Assembly (NCBI RefSeq): GCF_006345805.1
Contig: NW_021832983.1
Location: 1 to 64,000, forward strand
Reading direction: 5' to 3'
From: Octopus sinensis
Taxonomy: Eukaryota
DNA: 64,000 nt
This document shows positions 38,199 through 54,896 of this stretch, one piece after another. Under the pieces are notes generated by a model, which saw nothing but the letters and a program-made list of their open reading frames with translations, was not told the origin of the DNA and did not search any database. Positions within the stretch are counted from its first letter, which is position 1. Each line of letters begins with the position of its first letter. A program made the position numbers and the translations under genes.

Positions 38199-38454
38199 CA
38201 TTAGTCTATCGCCGATGGTTAAGCCCAAGCCAACGAAAAGTATTCTAATACAAGCCCAAGTACACTCGTCAACAACATCGAAACCGACAGTAAAAACAAG
38301 CAGGAGAGACCTAACTGTAGTATATGCGTCAACCTGATTGAGGGATCGGAGTTCTCCTTCAAACTAGGTCAACGTTTTAAAATGCAAAACTACTTCACAT
38401 GTGCTTTGGAAAACCTGATATATGTATTACCTTGCTCAGGGTGTCGGGAGCAAT

Positions 38455-38935
38455 TGTTGGCATCCTTTTTGTCTCGGGAGACAATGGAGTTGCGCATAAA
38501 ATAGTCTAGTCCGGCTTTTGCATTTCATGTCCTGATACATTTCCTGCTGTGGCTGTGTAGTTCTATCCTGGACAAACACTCCCTCTGGCAGGTACCGCAA
38601 ATGTAGCGAAGACTGTTCCTGGCTGGTTGTAGTGTCATAGTTTCTTGTTGACATCTTTCCATTTCTCCTCTTTCTCTCTGTCACTCCTTTATATTCCCTC
38701 TTTTACGGTACGTCGCCAATCTCTACGGTTGCTGGCAATTGCTTCCCAACTGCTAATACTGATGTTGCAGGCCTTCATGTCCCTTTTGCAAACATCTTTG
38801 TTACGTAAGAGCGGTCTACCCACAGACCTAGTACCCATAGCAAGCACTCTGTAGAGTATTCCTTGGGGATTCTGCCATCTTTCATACGGCTAACATGCCC
38901 AAGCCATCTCATACGTCATAGGTTGTTGGGAGCAA
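38455..38935 (-). mobile_element. RTE-clade LINE 3' fragment
   Basis: RWLGHVSRMKDGRIP..GTRSVGRPLLRNKDVCKRDMKAC..WEAIASNRRDWR..YICGTCQRECLSRIELHSHSRKC*; tail ccattgtctcccgagacaaaaaggatgcca. Confidence 0.85.
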
Positions 38936-39239
38936 TACATTGGTCAAAACTAATCACTCACTACGATCCCTTTAAGTTCCACATTATTGCCTTCAGGCTA
39001 TCAATCGATAGGGTTAGACTGTCAGATCTATGACGTGTTTAGAACGAAGTAATGTATTTTACCATCTCTTCATATCCGCTCTTCAAATTCAATAAGAATT
39101 TGTTAACAAATCTAAGCTCTATTTTTAGCATGTGATTTAAAATTATTTGATTAATTGCATAATATTACATTCATAATTAATGACCAATTGACGCCCGATC
39201 TTATAACACATCTCAATAACCATCAACAATTTCTTCGAC

Positions 39240-39400
39240 GCATTTCATGTAATTGTCATACAATATATAACAGTCTACACCAGAGTATGAACCTACACGG
39301 ATCCCAGATTAAAATACGGGAATAGAGACAAATAGCATTAAGTGAACACATCAACATCTGCGCCATGATAAATCTGAGGACAATGCAAACTATAATCAGC
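39240..39400 (+). mobile_element. Decayed PLE GIY-YIG fragment
   Basis: MNLHGSQIKIRE*RQIALSEHINICA, homologous to the 44313 copy. Confidence 0.5.
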
Positions 39401-39514
39401 GCATTAGCAGAGAATCATATTTTTTATCGCAAAATCTCCTTTGAATGTTTCCATCACAGATGACACTGCTACAGAGATCTTAGAATAACACCCACGGAAA
39501 TATTAAAAACAATA

Positions 39515-39712
39515 TTCTTTTATTCTTTTACTTGCTTCAGTCATTTGGCTGCGGCCTTGCTGGAGCACTGCCTTTTAGTCGTGCAAATCGACCCCAAGAC
39601 TTATTCTTTGTAAGTACTTATTCTATCGGTCATTTTTGCCGAACTGCTAAATTACGGTGACGTAAACCTCAAGCGATGTTTCGGGAACAGACACAGACAC
39701 ACAGACACGCAG

Positions 39713-39743
<31 letters not shown>

Positions 39744-39935
39744 GAGGCACGCACACACACGCACACACATATATATATACATACGACGGGCTTCTTTCAG
39801 TTTCCGTCTACCAAATCCACTCAGAAGGCTTTGGTCGTCCCGAGGCCGTAGTATATGACTCTTGCTCAAGGTACCACGTAGTGAGACTGAACCCGGAACC
39901 ATGTGGCTGGTAAGCAAGCTACTTACCACACAGCC
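39515..39935 (-). mobile_element. SINE family B (further head piece at 40110-40215)
   Basis: Family B tail, body and head on minus. Confidence 0.9.
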
Positions 39936-40352
39936 ACATATGCATGTACGTATTTATGTGTGTCTTGGCGTCTATATGTGTGTTTGTGTGCATGTATGTA
40001 CGTAGGTATCTATCTATCACTGCGTATATCCCCGAAGGTGGTAGACATTATCAAGAAAACAAAAATAAATACTCACCTCCCCACCCAAATAAAATCACAA
40101 GAATCAGTGACGCTCCCTTGCTATAGTAGAAGACATTTGCCCAAGGTGCTATGCATTAGGACTGTACACGGTACCATGTGGTTGGTAAGCAAGCTACTTA
40201 CCACACAGCCACTCCTCGCTACCTACGAATTTATTCAGAACAGTTCCTATTACTACAACTGCTACAAACTTAACAGGTCACTTGAAGGTCACTTGACCAT
40301 TGAAGTAGATTCCACGGATAACTTCTACTACTAGGTAATATCACTTCCGTAT

Positions 40353-40445
40353 TCTTCTTCTTCTTCTTCTTCTTCTTCTTCTTCTTCTTCTTCTTCTTCT
40401 TCTTCTTCTTCTTCTTCTTCTTCTTCTTCTTCTTCTTCTTCTTCC
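40353..40445. repeat. (TTC)n microsatellite
   Basis: Direct reading. Confidence 0.95.
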
Positions 40446-40446
40446 A

Positions 40447-40645
40447 GCCGCCATACTTGATAGCTAAATCAACAAGTTTTTCTTATTCTCACTCTGTTTA
40501 TTTTCTCTTATTCCTATCTGTTAAAGAGCGTAGGCTCGAAACGTAAAAGACTTTCTCACTTTCCCGACCGTCAAACTATTGCACCCACTTGTTGTTCATA
40601 CACCCGTCTCCGTCTTTTGTTTTTCTGTAAATTTCAACTATATCT
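40447..40645 (+). mobile_element. PLE-type terminal fragment, homolog of 9288-9475
   Basis: ctgttaa-a-gagc-gtag-gctc-gaaac-gta-aaag at 40518-40549. Confidence 0.6.
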
Positions 40646-40689
40646 TTGCACCCATAAAGACAATGTTTCAAATTTACTACTTCCTACCT

Positions 40690-40975
40690 TACGAACCTCC
40701 ACAAAGGAAAAGAGAGAGAGAGATAGAGATAGAAAAAAGGAAAATGTCCTACCTATTTGAAGACTATGGAAATATTTGCAAAACATTTCATTTAATTTTT
40801 CTTATTTAATATCCACCTTTGTTTTACTCTTCGTTGAAAAAGTCGAAAAGGCAGAAACCGGTACTAACTGTTACAGAATGTATTTCATGATAAAACTATT
40901 TTAGCATTTTCTACCTAAACTTATTTTCCTTATTCATATCAACCTTTGTGTCACTTTTCAACATTCTACATATAT
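40690..40975 (+). mobile_element. Second PLE-type terminal fragment, related to 45120-45253
   Basis: gttgaaaaagtc..ggcagaaaccggtact and downstream ttagcattttcta are shared with the 45.2-kb copy. Confidence 0.5.
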
Positions 40976-40983
40976 ATGTGTGT

Positions 40984-41028
<45 letters not shown>

Positions 41029-41424
41029 TTAGGCTGGAAATAATTGCATAAGAGACTATATTTATATTCTCTAGCATTATAATGCACATCGATATTTCAG
41101 AGCATGTGTAAGCTTAAGAGATGTAGTGAAGAAAGAGAAAGAGAAAGAGCGAGAGAGATGGAGAGAGAAAGAGAGAGACAGAGACAGACAGGAAGAGAGA
41201 GAGAGAGAGGGAGGGAAGGTGGGTCAGAGACAGACAAAGAAACAAAGTGACTGTGTTCTATGTGACGGACAGTGTGTGTGTGTATGTGTGAATGAGTGTG
41301 TTTGTGGATGTACCGGTTGAGTGTATGTGTATCTGTGTATGTGGGTATGTGTGCGTCTGTGCCTATGTATTTGTGTGTGTGTGTATGTGTGTGTGTGTGT
41401 GTGTGCGTATGTGTACGTGTATGT

Positions 41425-41463
<39 letters not shown>

Positions 41464-41639
41464 GAGTGTTTAATACAGCAAAGAATTCCTGAATGTCCAG
41501 CTATGCATTAATTAAAACTGTCAATAGAGCTTCATTAAACGTATCACAGGTAGTCGTGTTTAGCTAACAGTTGCTCCGGTCTGGCCGCAGCTGTCTCCAT
41601 TATGTTGCCTTTAACAATAATCTGAAATTGAATTAAAAC

Positions 41640-43690
<2,051 letters not shown>

Positions 43691-43699
43691 CACATCTTG

Positions 43700-44098
43700 T
43701 CCCAAACTTTGGCATTCAAAGTTACTCCAACCGCAGAACAGGGCGCCGCTGCGTGGTGCCAAGGATTCCAACATCACCATCAAAATACAGGTCCAGATAC
43801 TGCAACAGCTTGGGTTCAGAGGACCACAGCTCTTAACATCCTCCTAAATGCCGGAGAGACTTACATGGTGTGGATGTGGGTTTCTTTAAAACTAAACTGG
43901 ATCTCTTCTTGTTGGGAGTCCCAGATGAAACCTACCTCACGACAGGAGACAATGATGCGGGCAGCAGCATCGAACTCCCTTGTTGATCAAGTGCCACGTA
44001 TCAGAGGTGGATTCACAAAACTAGTGTAGTCATTCAGCGGTGGTGCCCCAGCATGGCCGCGGCCTTCGGCTAAAACATTTTAAGGATTAAGGATTTAA
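43700..44098 (+). mobile_element. CR1/L2-group LINE 3' end (same family as 28040-28430)
   Basis: [64 protein letters not shown]; tail ggtggtgccccagcatggccgcggccttcggctaaaac. Confidence 0.85.
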
Positions 44099-44277
44099 GG
44101 ATATACATTATATACATATTTATATATATATATATACACACATATATATACATATACGTATACATATTCATACGCACACACCACATGTATTATTGTATGT
44201 GTATAAGTATATATGTATATATATATATACATATACATATATATTATGAATATATATTGTATATATTTTTCTATATT

Positions 44278-44312
<35 letters not shown>

Positions 44313-44315
<3 letters not shown>

Positions 44316-45253
44316 CCTGCACAGATCCCAGATAAAAATTCCTCAAAACAGAAAATAGCTTTAGCCAACACATAGATACTTGCGCCAACAAAAAAAACAC
44401 CAAACTCAGGATTTCTCCCCTCTACCAATTTAGGGACGATACAACCTCGAGACAAGAATAAGTAAAGAAAATCTCTTTATTACAAAATACAAGCCACTTC
44501 TTAACGGGTCTACGACAAACAATTAATATACCTCAACTTTAGAATAAAGAAATATATACACACACAAATAATACACTCCATAGAACCATTCTAATCAGCC
44601 CCATCACGCTATACTTACACCCATTCATATTCTCCCTTCTCTGCTTTTTTCTTTCGTCTTCTTCTCTTCTTCTTCATCCATCATCATTATCATCATCATC
44701 GTCGTCATCATCATCACCACCATCATCACCACCATATTCTCCTTCTCCTTCTTCTTCTTTCTTCTTCTTCTTCTTCGTTCCTCATCATCATCATCATCAT
44801 CATCAAACATCGTCATCTTCTTCTTCTTCTACTTCTCCCACTTTCCACCCCTTAACCTTGTCACTAATGTCTTTCAGTTATAACGCCTACGCAAATTCCA
44901 ATAAACAATTCATGAATTGACTGCGACTACTGTCAGCCACTGACCATTCAAAATACGACCATTAAGGCATTCCCAGATTTCCCCACCCCCTCTCCACATC
45001 AGCCTCCTTATCTTCCCTTATCCTACCAAGAACTCAAAACGACCTCGAACACACAAGTGCAAACAAGGGAGTCAGAGAAAGGCAGAATGCTACTTATATC
45101 TGAACACTACAGAAATAAAAAAACTTTCTTCTAATTTTTCTAAATTTAATTATTTAATCGTTACAGTTGAAAAGGTCTCAAAATGACGAAACCGGTACTG
45201 AAAGATTCACTATAAAATATCTTAGCATTTTCTATTTTTGACTGGTTTTTCAG
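44313..45253 (+). mobile_element. PLE 3' fragment (GIY-YIG end + 3' UTR + hammerhead-like terminus) inserted in (TA)n
   Basis: [37 protein letters not shown]; motif cag-TTGAAAA-ggtc-tcaaaat-gac-GAAAC-cg-GTA-ctg at 45164-45200; (TA)n on both sides. Confidence 0.7.
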
Positions 45254-45385
45254 ATATATATATATATATATATAGATTATATATATATATATAATATTAT
45301 ATATATATAATATCTATATATATATATACATACATATATTAATATATATAGTTATAGTATATATATATATATATATATAATTATC

Positions 45386-45451
<66 letters not shown>

Positions 45452-45510
45452 CATATATTATATAACATATATATATATATACATAGAGAGCGAGAGAGAT
45501 AGATAGATAG

Positions 45511-45573
<63 letters not shown>

Positions 45574-46134
45574 AATATGTATACGTATATATATATCGTC
45601 ATTTAGTATAGGGTGGAGAAACATACTGCTAATGCATTAAGAATTTAAATATACATGTGTGTGTGCGTGTGTATGAATGTACGTATGTTTATATGTAAGT
45701 ATGTATATATGTATGTCTGTTCCTGTGTGTGTGTGTATGTATGGATTTCACTGTATCCCTGTTTCACTGTTTCAATCACAGTATGAGTTATTGTTATACA
45801 CCGCTAGTCACAATGTGCTTCCTGCATTGTTGCAGATTTCAAAATATGTCGCCACGCTGTCTAAGCGGTTAGGTATCTGACGTATAAATGACCCGTGCAC
45901 AACATACCCTCGAAACCGGTCGCCAGTCCGGCGCAAATTTACTCATTTAGATGTGAGCGTCTGGTGAAATGTAAAATGAAGTGTTTTTCTAGAGGGCGCA
46001 ACGCTCTCCCTGGGGATCGAAAGCATAATCTTGCAATTGTTATTGTAACGCAATAAGGACAAGGATGCGCGCCTTCACACGCACATACATACACAAATAT
46101 ATATTACAGCTGTTACCCCAATATGAAAATTATT

Positions 46135-46335
46135 CTTTTCTACTCTAGGCACAAGGCCCGAAATTTTGGGAGAGGGGGCTAGTCGATTAGATCGACCCCA
46201 GAACTCAACTGGTACTTAATGTATCAACCCCTATAGAATGAAAGGCAAAGTCGACCACGGCGGAATTCGAACTCAGAACGTAAAGAACGCTAAGCATTTC
46301 CCGCCCGGCGTACTATCGATTCTGCCAGCTCCCCA
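46135..46335 (-). mobile_element. SINE family A copy
   Basis: ttcttttctactctaggcacaaggcccg tail and family A body. Confidence 0.85.
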
Positions 46336-46384
46336 CCTTAATATGAATATTATTAATACACGTAAGTCTCACAGTCATACCGGG

Positions 46385-46810
46385 CGCCCGCTCCAAAATG
46401 TGATTGTAGACAAATAAATACTTGCCCACCCCACGGGACATGCATGGTTACTTCAGTTGTATACGACGAAAGTGCTTAATCAGTTCTGCCAAATAAGGAA
46501 GCTAGAAAGAAAAGATATATTCGAGTCTAAAGAAGGGACTTTAAAAAATTGATATGTGTGCCACTGATTGTCTTTTCGATACGGAGACACGAAGAAATCC
46601 ACCAACGCAGCTATACACATTTGGGAAGCTAAAAACCATGCACACCATCAGGTGGAATATCGTTGAGCAATACACGCCATATGTTAATGAGTCAAAGTGA
46701 TGTCGGTTTGTTGTAGCTGAAAAAATTCATATAGTTTGTAAATCTGAGATCTCCACCGCCCTCCGGAACTAGGGACTAGGAATTTTCTATGCTGGCATCT
46801 CGTCAAATTT
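46385..46810 (+). mobile_element. Decayed PLE GIY-YIG domain (different lineage from 44313)
   Basis: CDCRQINTCP..GTC.VTSVVY..RYI...EGTFKK..SFRY....ST....HIWE...IRWNIVEQYTPYVNESK*C..V.AEK, matching the CNC..CPL.G.C..VY..YIG.TE..FK.R..H type. Confidence 0.7.
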
Positions 46811-47984
46811 CAACTCTCGAAAGGGAGAACACCACCCTCTCCGGATAAGTCATGCACTCTTTAATCTTTCACCGTTGGATTAACCCTAACAACTACCGTT
46901 AATTCCCGTCCTAACAAGCTAAACAGAAACAAATCCTCTCCAAGCTATTATCTTCGCAGTTTCTTTTTCTCGCTTTTTTTTCTTTTGTATTCATCGTTCT
47001 TTCTTACTTTTTCTCAGACAGCAACCATGCGTATTTTGAGCTTGAAAGATTCTAGAATAATTTCCGACATGCTATACAAGGTTTTCCGATTAGTGAAATA
47101 TCGGAGCATGGAGCTTATGGTAGCTCATACTTATACAGTGTATACTCATAATTTATAAACTTATAGTGTTTAATTTTATAAGATATGACACGATATGATG
47201 TTATATATATATATATACTATATATATACATACATACATGTTTATAAATGTATATATATACATACATATATATATATGTGTGTGTGGTGTATATATATTT
47301 AAAATATGTATGTATATATATATATATATATACATATACATACATATATACATACATATTATATACACACACACACACACACACCCCACACACACCACAC
47401 ACATATATATATATTATATATCATATATATATATATATATATAATATATATATATATATATACTAACAAAACGTACACGTAGCACAGACACAGAAGGACC
47501 GTAATTCTTCATCAATTATCGAACGAAAAATATTAATACTCACTTTCAAATGCAGAGAAGAGAAGAGAATGAATGTGAGAAGACAATGTGTACATGTTGT
47601 TTCTTTGTGTGAATGTGAGTGTGTGTGTGTGTGTGTATGTGTGTACGCGCGCGTCTCTTTCTACAGTTCCTATTCGTCCAGTCATCTGTAAATTTATGAG
47701 ACGCCAGAAAAGTGCTGACCAGTTATTATTATTCGTCAGAGCATTATTCGACACTGCTTATAGGTAATTCTTATGGCTCTTTACGTTCTGACTTTGCTTT
47801 TCATCCTTTCAGCTTCTATAAATTAAACACCAGTAATCGACTAGCTTCCTCCGCAAAATTTACAGGCCGAGTGCTGATAATAGAAAAATATTCATTCAGA
47901 ATTTTAAAAATTTTGCTCCAAGAATTTTGTATATGTTCAAGTGGATCTGAAAGATTTAGTTTTCATTTTTTATATCATTTCTGA

Positions 47985-48385
47985 CTGGTGGACGATGTAC
48001 TGGCAGAATCATTAGCATGCCGGGCAAAATGCTTAGCCGGATTTCGTCCGTCTTTACGTTTCAAAATTCTGCCGAATTTGACTTTGCATTTAATCCTTTC
48101 AGGGTCGATAAAATTACTACCAGTTAAACACTGGAGTCAATGAAATCAACTTACCTCCTCACCTGAAATTTCTAGCCTTGTGCCAAAATTTGAAATCGTT
48201 ATTATTTCTGATTGAAGGGCGGCGAGTTGACAGAATAGTAGACCCGTCAGAATTTGACCTTTGAACGAGGTTGACTTTACATTTCCTTCTTTCGTAGTTG
48301 ATAAAATAAGTACTAGTTGATCACTGAGGTCGATGTAATGTCAAACCCCCAAATTTCAGGCTTTATGTCCATATTAGAAAGGATA
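47985..48385 (+). mobile_element. Two degenerate SINE family A copies
   Basis: tggcagaatcattagcatgccgggc.. and ggcggcgagttgacagaat.. heads with ccttgtgccaaaatttgaaatc-type tails. Confidence 0.75.
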
Positions 48386-48884
48386 TTATTTCTGAGTGGG
48401 TTTGTTACTGAACATTACGAAATATCTATTCCATACCGGCATTAGCTAACAAGGGCAGTTTTCTCTTAATATCTCCATTTCCATGTTATCGTCAAATTAC
48501 CGTCAAATACAAGTCAAGCTTCGCTTTCTGTCAAACGGGAATGTCCCCAAATGAAACTAGTTCAAAGTAAAACAAGAAATAAAAAACATTACGTAAAATA
48601 CAATATTCATAAACACACAAATAAAACCCAAACTGAAAGAAATCAAAATGGCGGTGCCCCAGCATGGCCATAGCCTTTGGGTTGCAACACATAAAGGAAG
48701 AGACCAGCAATTATGACAACAACAGTTAGAGTATACATGCATATATTTTGCTAAACGAAAATATTGCTGCAGCATTCACCGCCGCACATTCGAATGAGAA
48801 AACTGACCTCAGGTATCCGTATATGATTTTGGGTGTCCACGAAAGTAAAATAGTAAACTAGGGATCCGCAGTAGTATTTTAAGG

Positions 48885-49112
48885 GTCTCTTTACTCTTAC
48901 TCTTTCATTCTTACTTGTTTCAGTTATTTGACTGTGGCTATGCTGGAGCACCGCCTTGAGTCAATCAAATTGACCACAGGACTTATGCTTTGTAAGCCTA
49001 GTACTTATTTTATCGTTCTATTTTGCCGAACCACTAAGTTACGGGGACGTAAACACACCAGCATCGGTTGTCAAGCGTTGTTGGGGAGACAAACACAGAA
49101 ACATATACACAC

Positions 49113-49162
<50 letters not shown>

Positions 49163-49322
49163 GTATATACGACGGGCTTCTTTCAGTTTCCGTCTACCAA
49201 ATCCACTCACAAGGCTTTGGTCGGCCCGAGGCTATAGGAAAAGACACTTGCCCAAGGTGCCACGCAGTGGGACTGAATCCGGAGCCATGTAGTTGGTAAG
49301 CAAGCTACTTACCACACAGCCA
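48885..49322 (-). mobile_element. SINE family B, full length
   Basis: Family B consensus on minus. Confidence 0.9.
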
Positions 49323-49439
49323 CAACTAACCAATAATTAAATTTTGCTTTCTGATGTATTTAGCGCAAGAAACAGCCAGTTTTCTTTCTCTAATGTTTTA
49401 CATAATTCAACATGTTTCTGGCCACCGAAACATGTTCTC

Positions 49440-49580
49440 TCGCAGAGTGCTACTGCAAACCTGCACAAGTGAATTGGTGAAAAACAAAATGAGAATTTTG
49501 AAATAAATATCTATAAAACTGGCTGTGGAAAATAGTTACCAAGGGGGTCCGTAGGTAAAAAAATGGTTGAGAACCACAGC
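49440..49580. mobile_element. Possible hAT (Charlie-like) transposon end
   Basis: gggggtccgtaggtaaaaaaatggttgagaaccacag resembles the hAT terminal ..aaaaggttgagaaccactg. Confidence 0.35.
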
Positions 49581-50423
49581 CCTAGTTATAGTCGAAAAGT
49601 CTGAAGTTTAGTGACATAATGTTCTTAAACCCGGCACAAATTTCGTTACAATCTATCACAAAATCATGCGAGAGGTGGAAGAGGGTAACTTAACTGCTTT
49701 TTATGTTCCATTCAAGGAAGATCTAGAAAGTTTCCAAGTAGACACGCTACGGGAACATTTTTTTCATTGAGGGAAGGAGGACATATGGCACTATATGTGC
49801 CATCTTTAAAATAGAATGCGGCTAAAGTGCATACTCAAGTTATTCGAGAAAACTCTAGGTCACAAACGTCTAGACGGACGAAATGCGCCAAGCATTTTGC
49901 TTGGCGTGCTAACAGTTCTGCCAGCTTGTCGCCTTATGCCAATAAAAAAGTAAATGTAAAATTTCATAGAATATATTTCGAAAGATTTAGCTTTCATACC
50001 AAGAATTAATAATTGTGAAGCTTTTAGAAAATAATTATCAAAACAACTCTTTAAAAGCGTGTTAAACTATAAAACTACAATTTTAAAAAAATGTAACTTT
50101 CTGACAAGTAAAACAAGGAAAAATTAACAGAAATTTAATGCAAAACTATAAAAATATATATATTCTTACTCTCCCGTTTCAAACCACAATTTAAAAGATA
50201 TAATAGTTAAACTATTAAAAAGCAACTAAAAATGTAACCATTCCCGCAACTATAAAAATGTATCTAAAAGAAAAGCTTCCCGCCTCTACACCATCAAATT
50301 AGATTGAACTCTGAAATAGTTACTAAATACATTACTACCTCCAAACATTCACAGGTAACACCACCACCACCACAACGACGGCAACAAGAGCAAGAATACA
50401 TTAAGGCCAATACCAATGAAGGC

Positions 50424-51016
50424 GAAGGCGGCGAGCTGGCAGAAACGTTAGTCGTATTTCGTCTGCCGTTACGTTCTGAGTTCAAATTCCGCCGAGGTCG
50501 ACTTTGCCTTTCATCCTTTCGGGGACGATAAATTAAGTAGCAGTTACGCACTGGGGTCGATGTAATCGACTCAATCCGTTTGTCCGTCCTTGTTTGTCCT
50601 CTCTGTGTTTAGCCCCTTGTGGGTAGTAAAGAAATAGGTATTTCGTCTGCCGCTACGTTCTGAGTTCAAATTCCGCCGAGGTCGACTTTGCCTTTCATCC
50701 TTTCGGGGTAGATAAATACCAGTTATGCACTGGGGTCGATGTAATCGACTTAATCCGTTTGTCTGTCCTCGTTTGTCCTCTCTGTGTTTAGCCCCTGTGG
50801 GTAGCAAAGAAATAGAAATAGATACTTCGTCTGTTGCTACGTTCTGAGTTCAAATTCCGCCGAGGTCGACTTTACCTTTCATCTTTTCGGGGTCGATTAA
50901 ACAAGTACCAGTTACGCACTGGGGTCGATATAATCGACTTAATCCGTTTGTCTGTCCTTGTTTGTCCTTTCAGTGTTTAGTCCCTGTGGGTAGTAAAGAA
51001 ATAGGTATTTCGTCTG
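50424..51016 (+). mobile_element. Head-to-tail trimer of SINE family A
   Basis: Three ~190-bp units, each restarting at g(t)at(t)tcgtctg..ctacgttctgagttcaaattccgccgagg. Confidence 0.9.
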
Positions 51017-51109
51017 AAAAAAATATTAATAAAAATATATTTAAACGATAATTTACAGGACGAAATTATATCTAAAGTGTTACTTCTAATGACAATTAAA
51101 TCCTTTGTT

Positions 51110-51265
51110 TTATAGGTACCAGGCCTGACATTTTGAGGGAAGGGATAAAGAATGATATTGACCCCATTTTAGCCTATTTTTGCACCTTCGAAAAGACGAA
51201 AGGCAAAATCGACCGCAGCGGAATTTGAATACAAAGCGTAAAGCCAAAAGAAATGTCTATATGCA
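51110..51265 (-). mobile_element. Degenerate SINE family A copy
   Basis: gaaaggcaaaatcgaccgcagcggaatttgaa. Confidence 0.65.
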
Positions 51266-52199
51266 TTTTTTAGTCTGCTACGGAAACGATTGTGATAGCT
51301 CGTCGCCCTTTTGAGGCTGGTTTCATGGCTTCAAGCTCCTGCTTGATGGGGTTGGGGTCATACCAGATTAATGGTCCCAGAGACGTCGTCATGTATGGCC
51401 GACCAGGTTCACCAGAGACGTCGTCATGTGTATGGCCGACCAGGTTCACCAGTGCTGTACCATGCCGGCCCTTCTGCACCCTCCAGTAATTTTAAGGGCG
51501 GAAGGTAAGTCGATATCATTGACCCCCACTGTTCAACAGGTATTTATTCTAACAACCTCTGAAAGTATGGATTGTAAAATCAACCTCGAGCAAATATCTA
51601 CTCAGCCCGGTCTTCAGTGAAGAGATCGCAGTAAGCTGGGTCTAAACCTCAGGAAATTGAACAACATGGCCAAACAGTCTGAGTTCGCACTCCCGAATCA
51701 ATATATGTAACAGGACGCATCCTGGTTTCTGTGTAAGGCTGTTAATTGGATAGGGAATCCGACCAATGGTAACCCAGAATCAGGTGAAGGAAAGGTACAC
51801 TAAGTCTGAATAAAGTACACTTGCCCTTGGTACCTTAACGTGGGACTGAACCAACCAGAGTCAACGTAGCTGCGAAGCAATCCTTTGAAGTGATGTTTGG
51901 GTTGGTCACGATTGGAACGTCTATAAACAGGTGTGTCACTCAGGGATCAGCAACGCAGTGGTTTGTAGGGAAAAGTTAACATTATTACGAGAGAACCTCC
52001 CCTTCTTTTGTAGAAGATTGGGGACAGAGAGGCAGTCATATACTACATTCACACGCTTTGCACCTTTCTTTCACTCCTTTCTGCTCCCCCTCTCTGTAAT
52101 TCTCTCTCTGTCTTTCTCTCTCTCTCTCCCTCTTTCAGTCTACCTATATCGCTCCCACTTTCGTGTTCACTATCCGCTTTCCCTTCTCTTTCCGTCACC

Positions 52200-53640
<1,441 letters not shown>

Positions 53641-54191
53641 ACTATGTAGGGAATAAGCACAAACGATAAAAATAATATGACAGATAAATCAAAGGAAGAA
53701 TTTAATGACAATTAACCCTTCCTCAGCTCGTTCACTCGGGATTCAAGCAGTTTCAACGTGTAATTTAAGGATGCTTGCTTCAGGATCATGCACACTCATT
53801 GGTTATGGTGTTAAGCAATTGATACAATGGTGGGCCAGTATTACTTCCTCTCTTTCTCTTTGCTTTCTCACACTCTCTTTCCTCTTTTCTTTCTCTCTAC
53901 CCTTGTCTTCCTCTCACTTCTAGTTCTTTCCCCTTTTCTATCGCACTTCTCTCACATCTCTCTCTCTATTTCCCACTATCCCTATCTCTCACCCACCTCT
54001 CTCTACCTCTCTTTCCTTCTTTCTACGCTGCCTCTAGTTCACTTCTTCCTAATTTCTTTTGCCGTTCAGCTGACCTAGTGTGCGCACATTGTTTTTCTGT
54101 CCCTTATTCACCAAAGGGTTTAGTCCAAGCATCCCTCTCCCATTTTATTGTCTTTATGTTTCGCGTTGCACACGTCGCATTTAGTGTTATT

Positions 54192-54395
54192 AAGGCGATA
54201 AGCCGGCAGAATTCTTAGTAGGCCGGGCAAAATGCTTGGTGACAGTTCGACCGTCCTTACGCTCTGAGTTCAAATCTGCCGAGGTCGACTTAGCCTTTTG
54301 TCCTTTCAGTGCTGATAAAATAAGTCCCAGTTGGACACTGGGGTCAATGTAATAGACATATCCCACCTCAGAAATTGCTGTTCCAAATTTTGAAT
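54192..54395 (+). mobile_element. SINE family A copy
   Basis: aaggcgataagccggcagaattc..ctgagttcaaatctgccgaggtcgac. Confidence 0.8.
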
Positions 54396-54662
54396 TCAAT
54401 ATATAGTGTTATTTTGCATTGGTTTATTTGCATCGTAATCTATTATTGAATTTTATAAAAGTTTCTCGCCATTATGTGCGTGACCAGTTTCAATTCTGGA
54501 AACAAAAAAGAAGCTGTTCATAGATACACACACACATGTACATATGCATATACACATTACATACTTACATACATGTTATACATACGCACAAACATTGCAT
54601 ACCTACAATCATACACAAACACATTGATACATGCGTACACATACACACACACATATATATGA

Positions 54663-54700
<38 letters not shown>

Positions 54701-54775
54701 CTATACCTCCACCTATCCATCAATACATGCATACATACATACATATATATATATATATCATACATCACATATCAC

Positions 54776-54871
<96 letters not shown>

Positions 54872-54896
54872 TATATACATATACATATATCATATA

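Noticed and set aside
47540-47600. Alternative phase-1 first exon MYTLSSHIHSLLFSAFE with gtgagt donor
   Set aside because: Poor signal-peptide character and 25 kb from the next exon; cannot be excluded without RNA data.
51270-51480. 33-bp direct duplication with RTE-like GRPY peptide on minus
   Set aside because: Too decayed to assign; probably an old RTE 3' end.
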